Origin: Psychrobacter sp. DM4
Lineage (GTDB): Bacteria > Pseudomonadota > Gammaproteobacteria > Pseudomonadales > Moraxellaceae
Length of the DNA: 32,000 bases
Direction of reading: 5' to 3'
Assembly (NCBI RefSeq): GCF_051307035.1
Contig: NZ_CP195536.1
Coordinates: forward strand, 1,890,001-1,922,000
A program made the translations under genes and the position numbers. Positions 10,145 through 19,473 of this stretch are shown one piece after another. How positions within the stretch are numbered: position 1 is the first letter of the stretch; every line of letters begins with the position of its first letter. The notes under the pieces are model-generated. The model worked only from the letters and a program-made list of their open reading frames with translations. It made no database searches and was not told the origin of the DNA.

Positions 10145-10419
10145 GGTATTCCCTTATTTATTATTACTATCTTCTTTGAATGTTTCCTATAAAAACGAGA
10201 ATCTATTTTGCCGCTTAATCATTAAAAACAAATGCTTAAAGCGATCAAAATGACTCTAGGCAACTTAGAATCTCCTAAAAAATAGTCTCTGTCAGTAACA
10301 TGATCGAATATTAAACACGCCCTATATATTGAATCTTTTATAATTATAGGATGGTCTGTTTGACGTTTGTCTATTTATAACGCATTTATAACTTTATTTC
10401 AATACGTAACGTATCATTT

Positions 10420-11589
10420 TTATATAGCTAAGGATAGGCTATTTGGATTAGAAGCTTTTAAAAAATTCAGCAAAGCCTTCTCATCTTGGCTTTGCTGATT
10501 TTTGCTGCGACCACGGCGTGCTTGCTTGTACGGCTCGTAGAACTGCCCTGCCAAAAACTGCTCGATAATACGCGGATGAATGTAGGATGCGCGGCAGACA
10601 GAAGGCGTATTCCCAAGCTCATCAGCTACATCTTTTACCATTTGGGTCACTAAAACCTGACGCTCTTTACTATCAGGAACACTCGCCAAAATGTCATCGC
10701 CCGCTTTACTTTGTAACTCATCATATAAAAAGCTTGCCGCCAGCACACTTGCCATCCACGTGCGGAAGTCTTTGGCACTATAGCGCTTATCAGTACTGCT
10801 GTCGTCCGTGCTGTTGTCTCTACTAGAGGTGTCACCACCTAGATGTTCACGCAGATAGTCGTTAATATCACCACTATCGACCTCTTGCTTATCGCCATTT
10901 TTATCTAAATATTTAAATATCTGATACCCTGGCAGCTCAGAACATGCTTGCACGATTTCTATCAAGCGCTCATCTTGAAGCTCGATGTGATGCTCTTTAG
11001 CACTTTTACCGACGAAGTCAAAAGCCAGACCCTCATCAGTCTCACTCAAATGCTTGCTACGTAAGGTACTAAGCCCATAACTCTTATTGAGCTTGGCATA
11101 GCGGCTATTACCAATCCGAATCAGCGTCGTCTCAAGTAATTTGACTACAGCGGCAAGTACATTAGTACGAGATAGCGACTCAGCCTCCAAATCGATTTCT
11201 ACTTGCGCACGTAATGCGGGTAGTGCCTCGCCAAAACCTATCATGGCATCAAACTTGGCTTCATCACGAACGTTGTTCCATGCAGGATGATATAGATATT
11301 GCTTACGCGCCTTGAGATCGCGTCCTGTCGATTGCAAATGGCCTTTATCGTCTTGGCATATCCACACCTCAGACCACATCGGCGGAATGACCAACTCATC
11401 GAAACGCTGGCGCAAGGCTTTGTCTTTGATCGTCTCGCCTTTTGCGTTGCGGTAAGTAAAGCCGCGACCCCAGCGCACTCGGGTGAACCCAGGCTCATCA
11501 TCGCTGACATAACGCAACTTGGCACGCTGTGCTAAACGTTCATAATCATGACGCAGATCGTCTATTGCTTGCTCAGTCGTTTTTGCCAT
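10420..11589 (-). CDS. DNA topoisomerase IB (poxvirus-like bacterial type)
   Basis: 389-aa ORF. The N-terminal 'LRYVSDDEPGFTRVRWGRGFTY...VIPPMWSEVWIC' and C-terminal 'SVCRASYIHP' (putative active-site Tyr) are typical of bacterial TopIB. Confidence 0.8.
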   Translation of the reverse strand: MAKTTEQAIDDLRHDYERLAQRAKLRYVSDDEPGFTRVRWGRGFTYRNAKGETIKDKALRQRFDELVIPPMWSEVWICQDDKGHLQSTGRDLKARKQYLYHPAWNNVRDEAKFDAMIGFGEALPALRAQVEIDLEAESLSRTNVLAAVVKLLETTLIRIGNSRYAKLNKSYGLSTLRSKHLSETDEGLAFDFVGKSAKEHHIELQDERLIEIVQACSELPGYQIFKYLDKNGDKQEVDSGDINDYLREHLGGDTSSRDNSTDDSSTDKRYSAKDFRTWMASVLAASFLYDELQSKAGDDILASVPDSKERQVLVTQMVKDVADELGNTPSVCRASYIHPRIIEQFLAGQFYEPYKQARRGRSKNQQSQDEKALLNFLKASNPNSLSLAI

Positions 11590-11755
11590 GTGATGCGCCT
11601 TTATAGGATAAGAGATATATTATGAATGAGAGCTTTAGCATAATTAATTATTTAAACCAGCGCTGTTTATTTGCCATAGCCAAAGTGTAATGCTGTGTAA
11701 AAAATTCATCGTCAAAACTAATATTTTTGAGTATGATTACTAACCCCTACGCTTC

Positions 11756-12226
11756 GTGAGCAAAGCTGAAATGACTAAGAATTGTTCCATTCAAATTAAA
11801 CCATTAACTAAGGGCAATTATGCTAGTTGGTTGAGGTTGTGGCAGAACTACCTGACCTTTTATGAGACTGCTTTGTCAGCGCATATAACAGAAAATACAT
11901 GGCAAAAACTACACGATAATGAAGTACCTATTCATGGGTTTGGGGCATGGATAGACGATCAGCTATTAGGTATTGTTCATGTTATGGTACATCCTACTAC
12001 GTGGAGCGAAACTGAATCTTGTTACTTGCATGATTTGTATGTAGATAAAGGAGTGCGTGGACAAGGTGTTGGACGAGCACTAATTGAAGAAGTGTATAGT
12101 TTTGCCCGTACAAAAGACTGTAATCGTGTCTATTGGACAACGCAAGAAGGTAATACGGCATCTCGTTTACTCTATGATCAGCTAGCAATCAAAACGGATA
12201 TGGTGCAATACCGTAAAAATTTATGA
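11756..12226 (+). CDS. GNAT family N-acetyltransferase
   Basis: 156-aa ORF with acetyl-CoA motif A 'VDKGVRGQGVGRALIE'. The start is ambiguous: GTG 11756 or ATG 11771. Confidence 0.8.
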   Translation: MSKAEMTKNCSIQIKPLTKGNYASWLRLWQNYLTFYETALSAHITENTWQKLHDNEVPIHGFGAWIDDQLLGIVHVMVHPTTWSETESCYLHDLYVDKGVRGQGVGRALIEEVYSFARTKDCNRVYWTTQEGNTASRLLYDQLAIKTDMVQYRKNL

Positions 12227-12276
12227 GTTTAATTCCCTTTATTTTGATAAATTTCTCTTAAAAACTCCTCATAAAA

Positions 12277-12303
12277 AACGCCAAGCGTTAAACCCTTGGC
12301 GTT
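12277..12303. terminator. terminator between convergent GNAT and ppnP genes
   Basis: 9-bp stem AACGCCAAG/CTTGGCGTT with a 9-nt loop. An A-run on the left gives a T-run for the minus-strand ppnP transcript; the plus-strand tail is weaker. Confidence 0.75.
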
Positions 12304-12336
12304 GATTATTCTAATACTACTACAGTCTAAAAAACG

Positions 12337-12621
12337 TTACTTACCGTAGACACATAAGTAGGCGGTTTCTACTGCTACTTTGACCTGAAACTTCTTATTC
12401 GCGTCAACAGTGAATTGCTCACCAGCACTAAAGGTTTGCCACTCGTCACTCTCTGGCAGCTTAACCGTTAGCGCACCACTAATGACGCTCATCGTTTCAA
12501 ACTCGCTCGTTCCGAACTCGTACTCACCTATTTCCATAACACCGACAGTAGCTGGTTTGGTCGCCGTTTGAAAAGCGATAGAAGTGACTTTATCATCAAA
12601 ATAATTATTTACGCTTGGCAT
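12337..12621 (-). CDS. ppnP: pyrimidine/purine nucleoside phosphorylase PpnP (DUF1255/YaiE)
   Basis: 94-aa ORF. '[10 protein letters not shown]......ATVGVM..GEYEFGT...E.M.V.SGAL.V.LP' is the typical full-length PpnP pattern. Confidence 0.85.
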   Translation of the reverse strand: MPSVNNYFDDKVTSIAFQTATKPATVGVMEIGEYEFGTSEFETMSVISGALTVKLPESDEWQTFSAGEQFTVDANKKFQVKVAVETAYLCVYGK

Positions 12622-12768
12622 AGATTTCCTTAAATTTAAGTTTTATTAAAAGATTAAAATTTAACCATTGATTGTAGGCTGGTGCTTTAGCCTAACATTT
12701 AACATTAGCAAAGCTCTAAGCTGGCCTACGAAAAACTTCTCATTTTATCAAAATGTTTTAGAAAAAAA

Positions 12769-13864
12769 TTACAATCCAGCTTTGAGACTAGCTTCGATAA
12801 ACTGATCTAAGTCACCATCGAGTACCGCGCCTGTGTTAAACGTCTCAACGCCCGTACGCAAGTCTTTGATACGGGAATCATCAAGGACATACGAGCGGAT
12901 TTGACTGCCCCAACCGACATCGGACTTGCCATCCTCGACGGCTTGCTGAGACTCCATGCGTTTTTGCATCTCAAGCTCATAAAGCTTGGCGCGCAGCATC
13001 TTCATTGCCGTTGCCTTGTTACCATGCTGACTACGCTCGTTTTGACAGGTGACAACGACGCCACTTGGCTCATGAGTAATACGCACCGCAGAATCAGTGG
13101 TGTTGACGTGCTGACCACCCGCACCTGATGAGCGATAGGTATCGATACGTAGATCAGCAGGATTGATATCGATCTCGATGTCATCATCGATCTCAGGGGA
13201 GACAAAAACGGCCGCAAACGACGTATGGCGACCATTATTGCTATCGAATGGTGATTTACGCACGAGACGATGCACCCCAATCTCAGTACGCAGCCAACCA
13301 AAAGCGTAGTCGCCTTTAATCTCGATAGTCGCAGACTTGATACCCGCGACGCTACCGGATGACACTTCAATCTCTTCAACTTTGAAGCCATGCGCCTCAG
13401 CCCAGCGGGTGTACATGCGTAATAGCATCTCTGCCCAATCTTGCGCTTCAGTACCGCCACTGCCCGACTGAATATCTAGATAGCAATTATTTGGATCCAT
13501 CTCACCGCTGAACATCCGACGAAACTCCAAATCTGCCACGCGCTTTTCGGCATTATCTAGTTCCGCTTGCACGTCTTTTAATAATGATTCCTCGTCCTCT
13601 TCTACCGCCAACTCAAGCATCGCTGAGGCATCTTCTAGCGTTGTTTCAAGCGAGACGACGACATCAATGACCCCATCTAAATGGCTTTTTTCTTTACTAA
13701 TTTTGGTCGCGCGTTCTGGATCGTTCCAGAGCTCAGGACTCTCCATTTCTAAATTGACTTCTTCTAGCCGCTCTTGCTTGCCATCGAAGTCAAAGATACC
13801 TCCGTAAGTCCTGTCCGCGCTCTGATAAATCTTTGATTTGTTCTTGATACGGATTAATTTCCAT
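12769..13864 (-). CDS. prfB: peptide chain release factor 2, with programmed +1 frameshift
   Basis: The ORF track shows only the 325-aa part from an internal Met. A 24-codon frame-0 leader (ATG 13864, [24 protein letters not shown]) ends at CTT TGA C and joins the main frame by a +1 shift, giving 364 aa in total. SPF and GGQ motifs are both present. Confidence 0.93.
13789..13801 (-). promoter_or_regulatory. prfB +1 frameshift (recoding) site
   Basis: The minus strand reads AGG TAT CTT TGA C, with GGAGG 3 nt upstream of the CUU slippery codon. E. coli has AGGGGGUAUCUUUGAC at the same place. Confidence 0.9.
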
Positions 13865-14034
13865 TAGCTTTCCTAATTTTTACAATGATAGTTTGTAGGC
13901 AGTAAAATCGTCCAACCTTCAATAAACTGGCCAATTGTTGTAGACTAGGGTTTTAACCCAGCTTCGAGACTTTGTACATTTAAAGGCTTGGCTTGAAACC
14001 CAGCTTACGTTCAAGTCACAACTTTTGACCCAAG

Positions 14035-14733
14035 CTATATACTCCAGTCTTCAACTGCCCAGCGATGTGCTAACGCATGAGCGTGTAAGGCCTCATCTGG
14101 CGAGACACAAATAGCGACATCAGCCCACTCAAGTAAGGGAATATCGTTCTTTGAGTCCGAATAAGCATAGGTTTTGTCAAAGGTGACGCCGTTTAGCTGC
14201 TTTTTGTCAATCCATTTATCCAGATGATAAATCTTACCTGCTTTAAAGTTAGGCTTGTCAGCAAGTTTGCCAGTATAGCGCTCGTCAATGATCTCAAGTG
14301 GCGTTGACAACACATTAGCATCCTCTATCCCAAAACGCTTGGCGATAGCAGACACCACAAAATCATTGGTGGCTGAGATAATCACCACATCATGACCCTG
14401 CTCAATGTGATGACATAACACCTCCATCGCTTTTGGTCTGATATGCGGCTCAATCTCTGACTTAATATAGTCTTCGCGCAATTCATGCAAACGCTGCATT
14501 GGTAGGCTACTTAAGAACTGGGCGACGAATTCGTTATATTCAGTCGCGTCAAGTGTGCCTTCAATATAGTCATTGTAGAACTTTTGATTGGCGGTACGAT
14601 ACTGAGCTTCGTCAACGAGGCCATGTTTGACGATGTACTCTCCCCATAAATAATCGCTATCGACATCGAGTAAAGTGTGGTCAAGATCAAACAGCGCGAG
14701 CGTACGTAAATCGGTTGAAGATGAGAGGTTCAT
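14035..14733 (-). CDS. HAD-IB family hydrolase (phosphoserine-phosphatase-like)
   Basis: 232-aa ORF with motif I 'FDLDHTLL' (DxDxT), 'ISATN' and 'YSDSKNDIPLL'. Confidence 0.8.
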   Translation of the reverse strand: MNLSSSTDLRTLALFDLDHTLLDVDSDYLWGEYIVKHGLVDEAQYRTANQKFYNDYIEGTLDATEYNEFVAQFLSSLPMQRLHELREDYIKSEIEPHIRPKAMEVLCHHIEQGHDVVIISATNDFVVSAIAKRFGIEDANVLSTPLEIIDERYTGKLADKPNFKAGKIYHLDKWIDKKQLNGVTFDKTYAYSDSKNDIPLLEWADVAICVSPDEALHAHALAHRWAVEDWSI

Positions 14734-14893
14734 ATTAAAATCTCAAGAATAACAAAAGGGGTAGAGGGAAAATGCAAATAGTAGCTAAATTTACGACCTA
14801 AGCTGCAAAATTGTGCTAGCTTACCATCAAGCCTGTACTACTACAAAGTGCAATCTATAAAGTATAATGACCTATTAATAGTCTGACTGTATT

Positions 14894-15340
14894 ATGAAAC
14901 CACCTAATCGTAAGCCTACGCCCAGTATACTCGATAAACCTCATCGACCTGCGCGCTCGACAAAAGAAATCAGACGTCGTCAAAGGGGTGAGGACTATCA
15001 GTCTGTGACTGAGCGCCTCGTGTATGCGCTACTAAACGGTCTACTTTATGGATTTGGTGGCTTAATTATCGATTTGGCAGTCGTTATTATTCGTTCAGTA
15101 CTGGGTGTTGGTAGCGGTGATATATTTTGGCTATTCACGCCTGCACTATGCTTGCTGGGTATCGTAATCGGTTTTGTCGTCGGCAAAAGCTCGGGCGCTG
15201 ATAGTGTTGGTGCCTTGCATACGAGCGATACCACTCCTTATATTGATGACTACTCAATACGCCACGATGTCTTTCGCGGTGTTATCTTTGGCATTATTAT
15301 CTTTGCCGTTATTTGGCTCGTTATGATGATTATCGCATAA
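14894..15340 (+). CDS. hypothetical membrane protein (basic N-terminus, ~3 TM segments)
   Basis: 148-aa ORF with an Arg/Lys/Pro-rich N-terminal 40 aa followed by hydrophobic segments. I recognise no family and see no clear SD. Confidence 0.55.
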   Translation: MKPPNRKPTPSILDKPHRPARSTKEIRRRQRGEDYQSVTERLVYALLNGLLYGFGGLIIDLAVVIIRSVLGVGSGDIFWLFTPALCLLGIVIGFVVGKSSGADSVGALHTSDTTPYIDDYSIRHDVFRGVIFGIIIFAVIWLVMMIIA

Positions 15341-15395
15341 GCTTGTCTACAAATAGCTCTGTTAAATAAGAGTAAGTATTTAGACTGTTTACCAC

Positions 15396-15935
15396 TTATT
15401 CTGGTTGCTCAATCTCGACTAGACCTGTTTTGAATTTTTGGCAGCGATCGGCGTAATGCATGGCGGACAGCTTTAGCATAGCGGCTTGCTCATCGCTTAA
15501 AGTCTTGACCACTTTGGCAGGCGCGCCCATCACCAGAGAGTTATCTGGAATCACTTTGCCCTCAGTGACCAATGCCTTGGCACCGATAATACAGTTTTTG
15601 CCAATTTTTACATTATTTAATATCACAGCGCCAATACCGATCAAACTATTATCATCGACCTCACAGCCATGTAGCATCGCTAAATGCCCGATGGTGACAT
15701 GATTACCGATTTTGACCTCAATACCTGCGTCAGTATGAATGACACTATTTTCTTGCACATTACTGTAATCACCGATATGAATACGCTCATTATCCCCGCG
15801 AATGACCGCGCCAAACCAGACGCTGGCTTGATGACCTAAATATACATCACCAATGACCCGCGCCGTATCAGCAACCCAGCCATTGAAGGGGCTAGCAAAT
15901 TCAGGTTTTTTGTCCAAATATTGATAAATCATCAT
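15396..15935 (-). CDS. gamma-class carbonic anhydrase family protein (YrdA/CaiE/PaaY-like, hexapeptide repeat)
   Basis: 179-aa ORF with a left-handed beta-helix hexapeptide pattern and the conserved '[11 protein letters not shown]', 'IHTD' and '[10 protein letters not shown]' segments. Confidence 0.85.
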   Translation of the reverse strand: MMIYQYLDKKPEFASPFNGWVADTARVIGDVYLGHQASVWFGAVIRGDNERIHIGDYSNVQENSVIHTDAGIEVKIGNHVTIGHLAMLHGCEVDDNSLIGIGAVILNNVKIGKNCIIGAKALVTEGKVIPDNSLVMGAPAKVVKTLSDEQAAMLKLSAMHYADRCQKFKTGLVEIEQPE

Positions 15936-16042
15936 CCATCCTTAGTTTAATTTTGAGCGTAATAGTAGTTGTAAGAATTTATATCCTCTTTATAATACCA
16001 TTTTGAAATTTATAGCAAAGTGCTATGTTGAGGAACCAAGCA

Positions 16043-16717
16043 ATGAGCGCTAACAAGCACGCACCCCTTTCTTTATTACTAGGCACTTTAACGACTGAAA
16101 CTATGTTGCCCAGTCATTCAACTGTTGATCGCTTAACTGATAGTCATTCGATAATCAACCGTTTAGCCGCAGGCATTTTAACCGCAAGCATATTTATGTT
16201 AAGCAACATCATAGCTACCGCGCCAGCTCAAGCCGCGAGTCATTCAAGCCTTGAGCAAGCAGGAGATATCATCGCTGTTGGCATACCGCTGATAGCCTAT
16301 GGTAGTACGTATTATAAGGATGATAAAGAGGGGCGTCAGCAATTTTATCGCTCCTTTGGTACGACAGCAGTCACTACTCTAACTCTAAAGTCAGTAGTCA
16401 ACAAAGATAGACCAGACAATAGTGATGATGAGTCTTATCCCTCCGCGCATACTTCCGTGGCCTTTCAAGGTGCCAGCTTCATCCATAAGCGCTACGGGTT
16501 TGAATCTAGTATTCCCGCTTATGTTGGTGCAGGGTTTGTCGGATATAGCCGATTGAAATCAGATAAACATGATGTCGCTGATGTGGTAGCAGGCGCCGCA
16601 CTTGGCATTGCCAGTAGCATGTATCTGACAAAAAGCTATTATAGCGATCAACTCGTCATCGCACCCTCTTTATCTTCTGACTATTATGGTTTGAGCGTTC
16701 ACTATCACTTTAAATAA
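16043..16717 (+). CDS. PAP2 superfamily phosphatase, secreted or membrane-associated
   Basis: All three PAP2 motifs are present: 'KDRPDN' (KX6RP), 'PSAH' and 'SRLKSDKHDVADVVAG' (SRX5HX3D). I place the start at ATG 16043 (GAGGA 8 nt upstream); the ORF track starts at 16025. Confidence 0.8.
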   Translation: MSANKHAPLSLLLGTLTTETMLPSHSTVDRLTDSHSIINRLAAGILTASIFMLSNIIATAPAQAASHSSLEQAGDIIAVGIPLIAYGSTYYKDDKEGRQQFYRSFGTTAVTTLTLKSVVNKDRPDNSDDESYPSAHTSVAFQGASFIHKRYGFESSIPAYVGAGFVGYSRLKSDKHDVADVVAGAALGIASSMYLTKSYYSDQLVIAPSLSSDYYGLSVHYHFK

Positions 16718-17077
16718 CAAAAATAAAGCGCTATTACTTATATTAAACGGAAGAACACATTATTATTGAGCGTATAGTCTGAGTATATATTGACGAGGAC
16801 AATGCTAGCCCTAATCACAAAACTCTAGTATAATGCGCAAAATCTATGCCTAAGCGAGTGGACATGATGCGAGTTACTTCTTCACTATTTTGTGAGTGTT
16901 GTAAATTCCATCTATGATGTCTTCTCGCTTTTTTGTGGGAAATTTTTGCTCGCAGCCTTTTTATCAAGTAATCATTATAAAATTTAAATGATGATTCTAA
17001 AGGTCTACAAGAGTAAGAGCAGCCCTTTTATCCAAATAAAACTTGACGGCACTTATCACTAATAGCGGAGGCAATCC

Positions 17078-18325
17078 TTGAAATCATTGACCCAGATACA
17101 AGCAATTTTGGCACTAGCAGACGGTACGGTATTTCGCGGTGTCAGCATAGGCAGCCAAGGTCACCGTGTCGGTGAAGTGGTCTTTAACACGGCGATGACA
17201 GGCTATCAAGAGATCCTCACAGACCCAAGCTACGCGCGCCAACTGGTTACCCTCACCTACCCGCATATCGGCAATACGGGCACCAATGATGAGGACAGTG
17301 AATCGGGCAATATTGATTTCAAACAGCAAATATGGGCAGAGGGACTCATTATTCGCGATGCGACAATGGTCACTTCAAACTTTCGCAATACTGAATCTCT
17401 GAGCGACTACCTAGAGCGTCATGACACGGTTGCTATCGCTGAGATTGATACCCGTCAACTAACGCGTCTATTACGAGAGCAAGGCGCGCAGAATGGATGT
17501 CTTATGACTGCCTCTAATGGCGAGACTATTAGTGACGCTGATGTACAGCAAGCCATTCAATTGGCAAAAGATTTTGCGGGTCTAAAAGGCATGGATCTAG
17601 CTAAAGAAGCCAGTCATCCAGAAGGCTTTGAGTGGACGGCGGGCACGTGGGAGTTATCAGATACGCTACTCAACCGTGACGCTACTGGTAGCCATGACAG
17701 CGGTACGGGCGGGTTCTATAAGCAGCTGGGCACACATATCGAGCACAAGTATAATGTGGTTGCTTATGACTTTGGTACTAAGACCAATATATTACGCATG
17801 CTCGTCGATATCGGTGCTCGTGTGACCGTCGTTCCTGCGCAGACGCCAATTAAAGACGTGCTCGCGATGAATCCAGATGGTATATTTTTATCGAATGGCC
17901 CTGGCGACCCGGCCGCTAGTGATTATGCTATTGATAATGTTCGCCATATCATCGAAGAGACGGACATTCCGACTTTTGGTATTTGCTTAGGTCATCAGCT
18001 GATTGGACTTGCCAGTGGTGCTAAGACTATGAAGATGAAAACGGGTCATCATGGCGCGAATCATCCTGTGCAAGATTTAGCGACTAGTGTCGTGATGATT
18101 ACTAGTCAGAATCATGGTTTTGCGGTCGATGAAGATACGCTACCTGACAATGTTAAATCAACACATCGCTCATTATTTGATGGTACCAATCAAGGCATTG
18201 AGCTGACTAATAAGCCCGTCTTTAGCTTCCAAGGACACCCTGAAGCGAGCCCTGGCCCGCATGATGCTGCTGAGCTATTTGCTAAGTTTGCTGGGATGAT
18301 GGAGAAAAATAAGGCGAATAGCTAA
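17078..18325 (+). CDS. carA: carbamoyl-phosphate synthase small (glutaminase) subunit
   Basis: 415-aa ORF with the class-I amidotransferase triad region 'GICLGHQL' and '[13 protein letters not shown]'. It has a TTG start with GGAGG 6 nt upstream; E. coli carA also uses UUG. Confidence 0.96.
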   Translation: MKSLTQIQAILALADGTVFRGVSIGSQGHRVGEVVFNTAMTGYQEILTDPSYARQLVTLTYPHIGNTGTNDEDSESGNIDFKQQIWAEGLIIRDATMVTSNFRNTESLSDYLERHDTVAIAEIDTRQLTRLLREQGAQNGCLMTASNGETISDADVQQAIQLAKDFAGLKGMDLAKEASHPEGFEWTAGTWELSDTLLNRDATGSHDSGTGGFYKQLGTHIEHKYNVVAYDFGTKTNILRMLVDIGARVTVVPAQTPIKDVLAMNPDGIFLSNGPGDPAASDYAIDNVRHIIEETDIPTFGICLGHQLIGLASGAKTMKMKTGHHGANHPVQDLATSVVMITSQNHGFAVDEDTLPDNVKSTHRSLFDGTNQGIELTNKPVFSFQGHPEASPGPHDAAELFAKFAGMMEKNKANS

Positions 18326-19473
18326 TGGCGAATCAACTTACCCAAAAGTGGAAAATTAAAGACCTAAAAGGCGTCGGCGACGTTGAATTATCACTCGATG
18401 ATAGCAAACGGGTCTTTGTGTTCTTTGGTAGTAATGGTATTGGTAAGACTAAGACGCTAGAGGCTCTACTTTACTTTTTGCTAGCGCAGAATAAAAATTT
18501 TATACCCAAAGGTCATACGTTAAAAATATCAGATAGTATTTTTCAATCAATATGTTCAAATAATTTATGTATAAATGTGAAGAACGCTTTACTAAGCGAA
18601 AGTAAAATTTATCTTCCTAACATATTTAATCAAGTCGAGGTTAAAAATTACGACTCAGTTGCTTACATAGGAGCAAAACAAAGAGGTTCATCTGAAAAAA
18701 ATAGTAACCATCGAAATAAACCTATGGGAAGTTCTGAGTCACGCAGAGACACCCATTCCGAACTTTTTGAGTTAGCTATTGTTAATGGCAATTTAGATAG
18801 ATTAGGGATGAATCAAGACATTCATCATTGGTTCATCGAGCGTGCTCAATCTGTCAACCCTTATCAAAAGTCTGACGACAATCGACAAGTTGATATCGAT
18901 ACGGTTCTTGGCGCTTTAAACACTTTAGACAATCGCATTGGTAAAGCTCTCAATGTAGATGGTGACGATAATGTTTATCTGACTATCGAAGGACAAGAAA
19001 CCGAACTAAACAATTTAAGCTCAGGCTTTATCTCAGTAGTTAAAATTATCCAAGCCATTGTCTCTGCCTACTCTGCGTTTACTAATGAACAAGACTTACT
19101 TAATGTTAAAGGTGTCGTACTTATAGATGAAATAGAAAGTCATTTGCACGTAGAATGGCAGACTAGAATCATACCAACGCTAAAAGAGCTGTTTCCAAAC
19201 ACTACCTTTTATATCGCGACTCATTCCCCCTTAGTGTTATCACAACTTAGTGAAGGTGAGGCTTATCTACTTAAACGTGATAATGACAACATAGTGCGCT
19301 CTAGTGTAATTGACTCACCTAATAAGCGTATCTTAGCCAATGTCTTACGCGATGCTTTTGGTATTGACCTAAATGAGCTTAAAAGGGAGTCTATGGAAGA
19401 CGGTAGTCAAGATGTAGCAAAAAATCGCTTGTTAAAATTGCTTAGAGACCCAGCAGGTGACACTGGTGAGTAG
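18325..19473 (+). CDS. ABC/AAA_21-like (OLD/PtuA/AriA-type) ATPase of unknown function, first gene of the inserted cassette
   Basis: 382-aa ORF. It has Walker A 'GSNGIGKT' (aa 35-42), an ABC-signature-like 'LSSG' (aa 231-234), Walker B 'VVLIDEIESHLH' (aa 264-275) and H-loop 'ATHSP' (aa 298-302). Its ATG overlaps the carA stop (TAATG). It is AT-rich relative to its flanks. Confidence 0.75.
   Translation: MANQLTQKWKIKDLKGVGDVELSLDDSKRVFVFFGSNGIGKTKTLEALLYFLLAQNKNFIPKGHTLKISDSIFQSICSNNLCINVKNALLSESKIYLPNIFNQVEVKNYDSVAYIGAKQRGSSEKNSNHRNKPMGSSESRRDTHSELFELAIVNGNLDRLGMNQDIHHWFIERAQSVNPYQKSDDNRQVDIDTVLGALNTLDNRIGKALNVDGDDNVYLTIEGQETELNNLSSGFISVVKIIQAIVSAYSAFTNEQDLLNVKGVVLIDEIESHLHVEWQTRIIPTLKELFPNTTFYIATHSPLVLSQLSEGEAYLLKRDNDNIVRSSVIDSPNKRILANVLRDAFGIDLNELKRESMEDGSQDVAKNRLLKLLRDPAGDTGE

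Noticed and set aside
13002-13460. A 152-aa minus-strand ORF in an alternative frame of prfB.
   Set aside because: It overlaps the RF2 core completely, including the GGQ and SPF regions in the real frame, and its translation is R/S/L/C-rich junk.
16790-16834. TTGACG (16790..16795) and TATAAT (16829..16834) as a sigma-70 promoter pair for carA.
   Set aside because: The spacer is 33 nt rather than ~17, so they cannot form one promoter. Only the -10-like hexamer is kept, as a weak candidate.
17043-17070. A second TTGACG just upstream of carA as a promoter -35 element.
   Set aside because: There is no acceptable -10 hexamer at 16-18 nt. The best candidate, TAATAG, is only 11 nt away, and a transcript from here would leave almost no leader before the SD.
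18313-18333. A direct repeat GGCGAAT (18313..18319 and 18327..18333) at the carA/ATPase junction, considered as a possible target-site duplication.
   Set aside because: It is only 7 nt, both copies are at the left junction, and I found no counterpart at the right junction (19880..19900). It may be chance.
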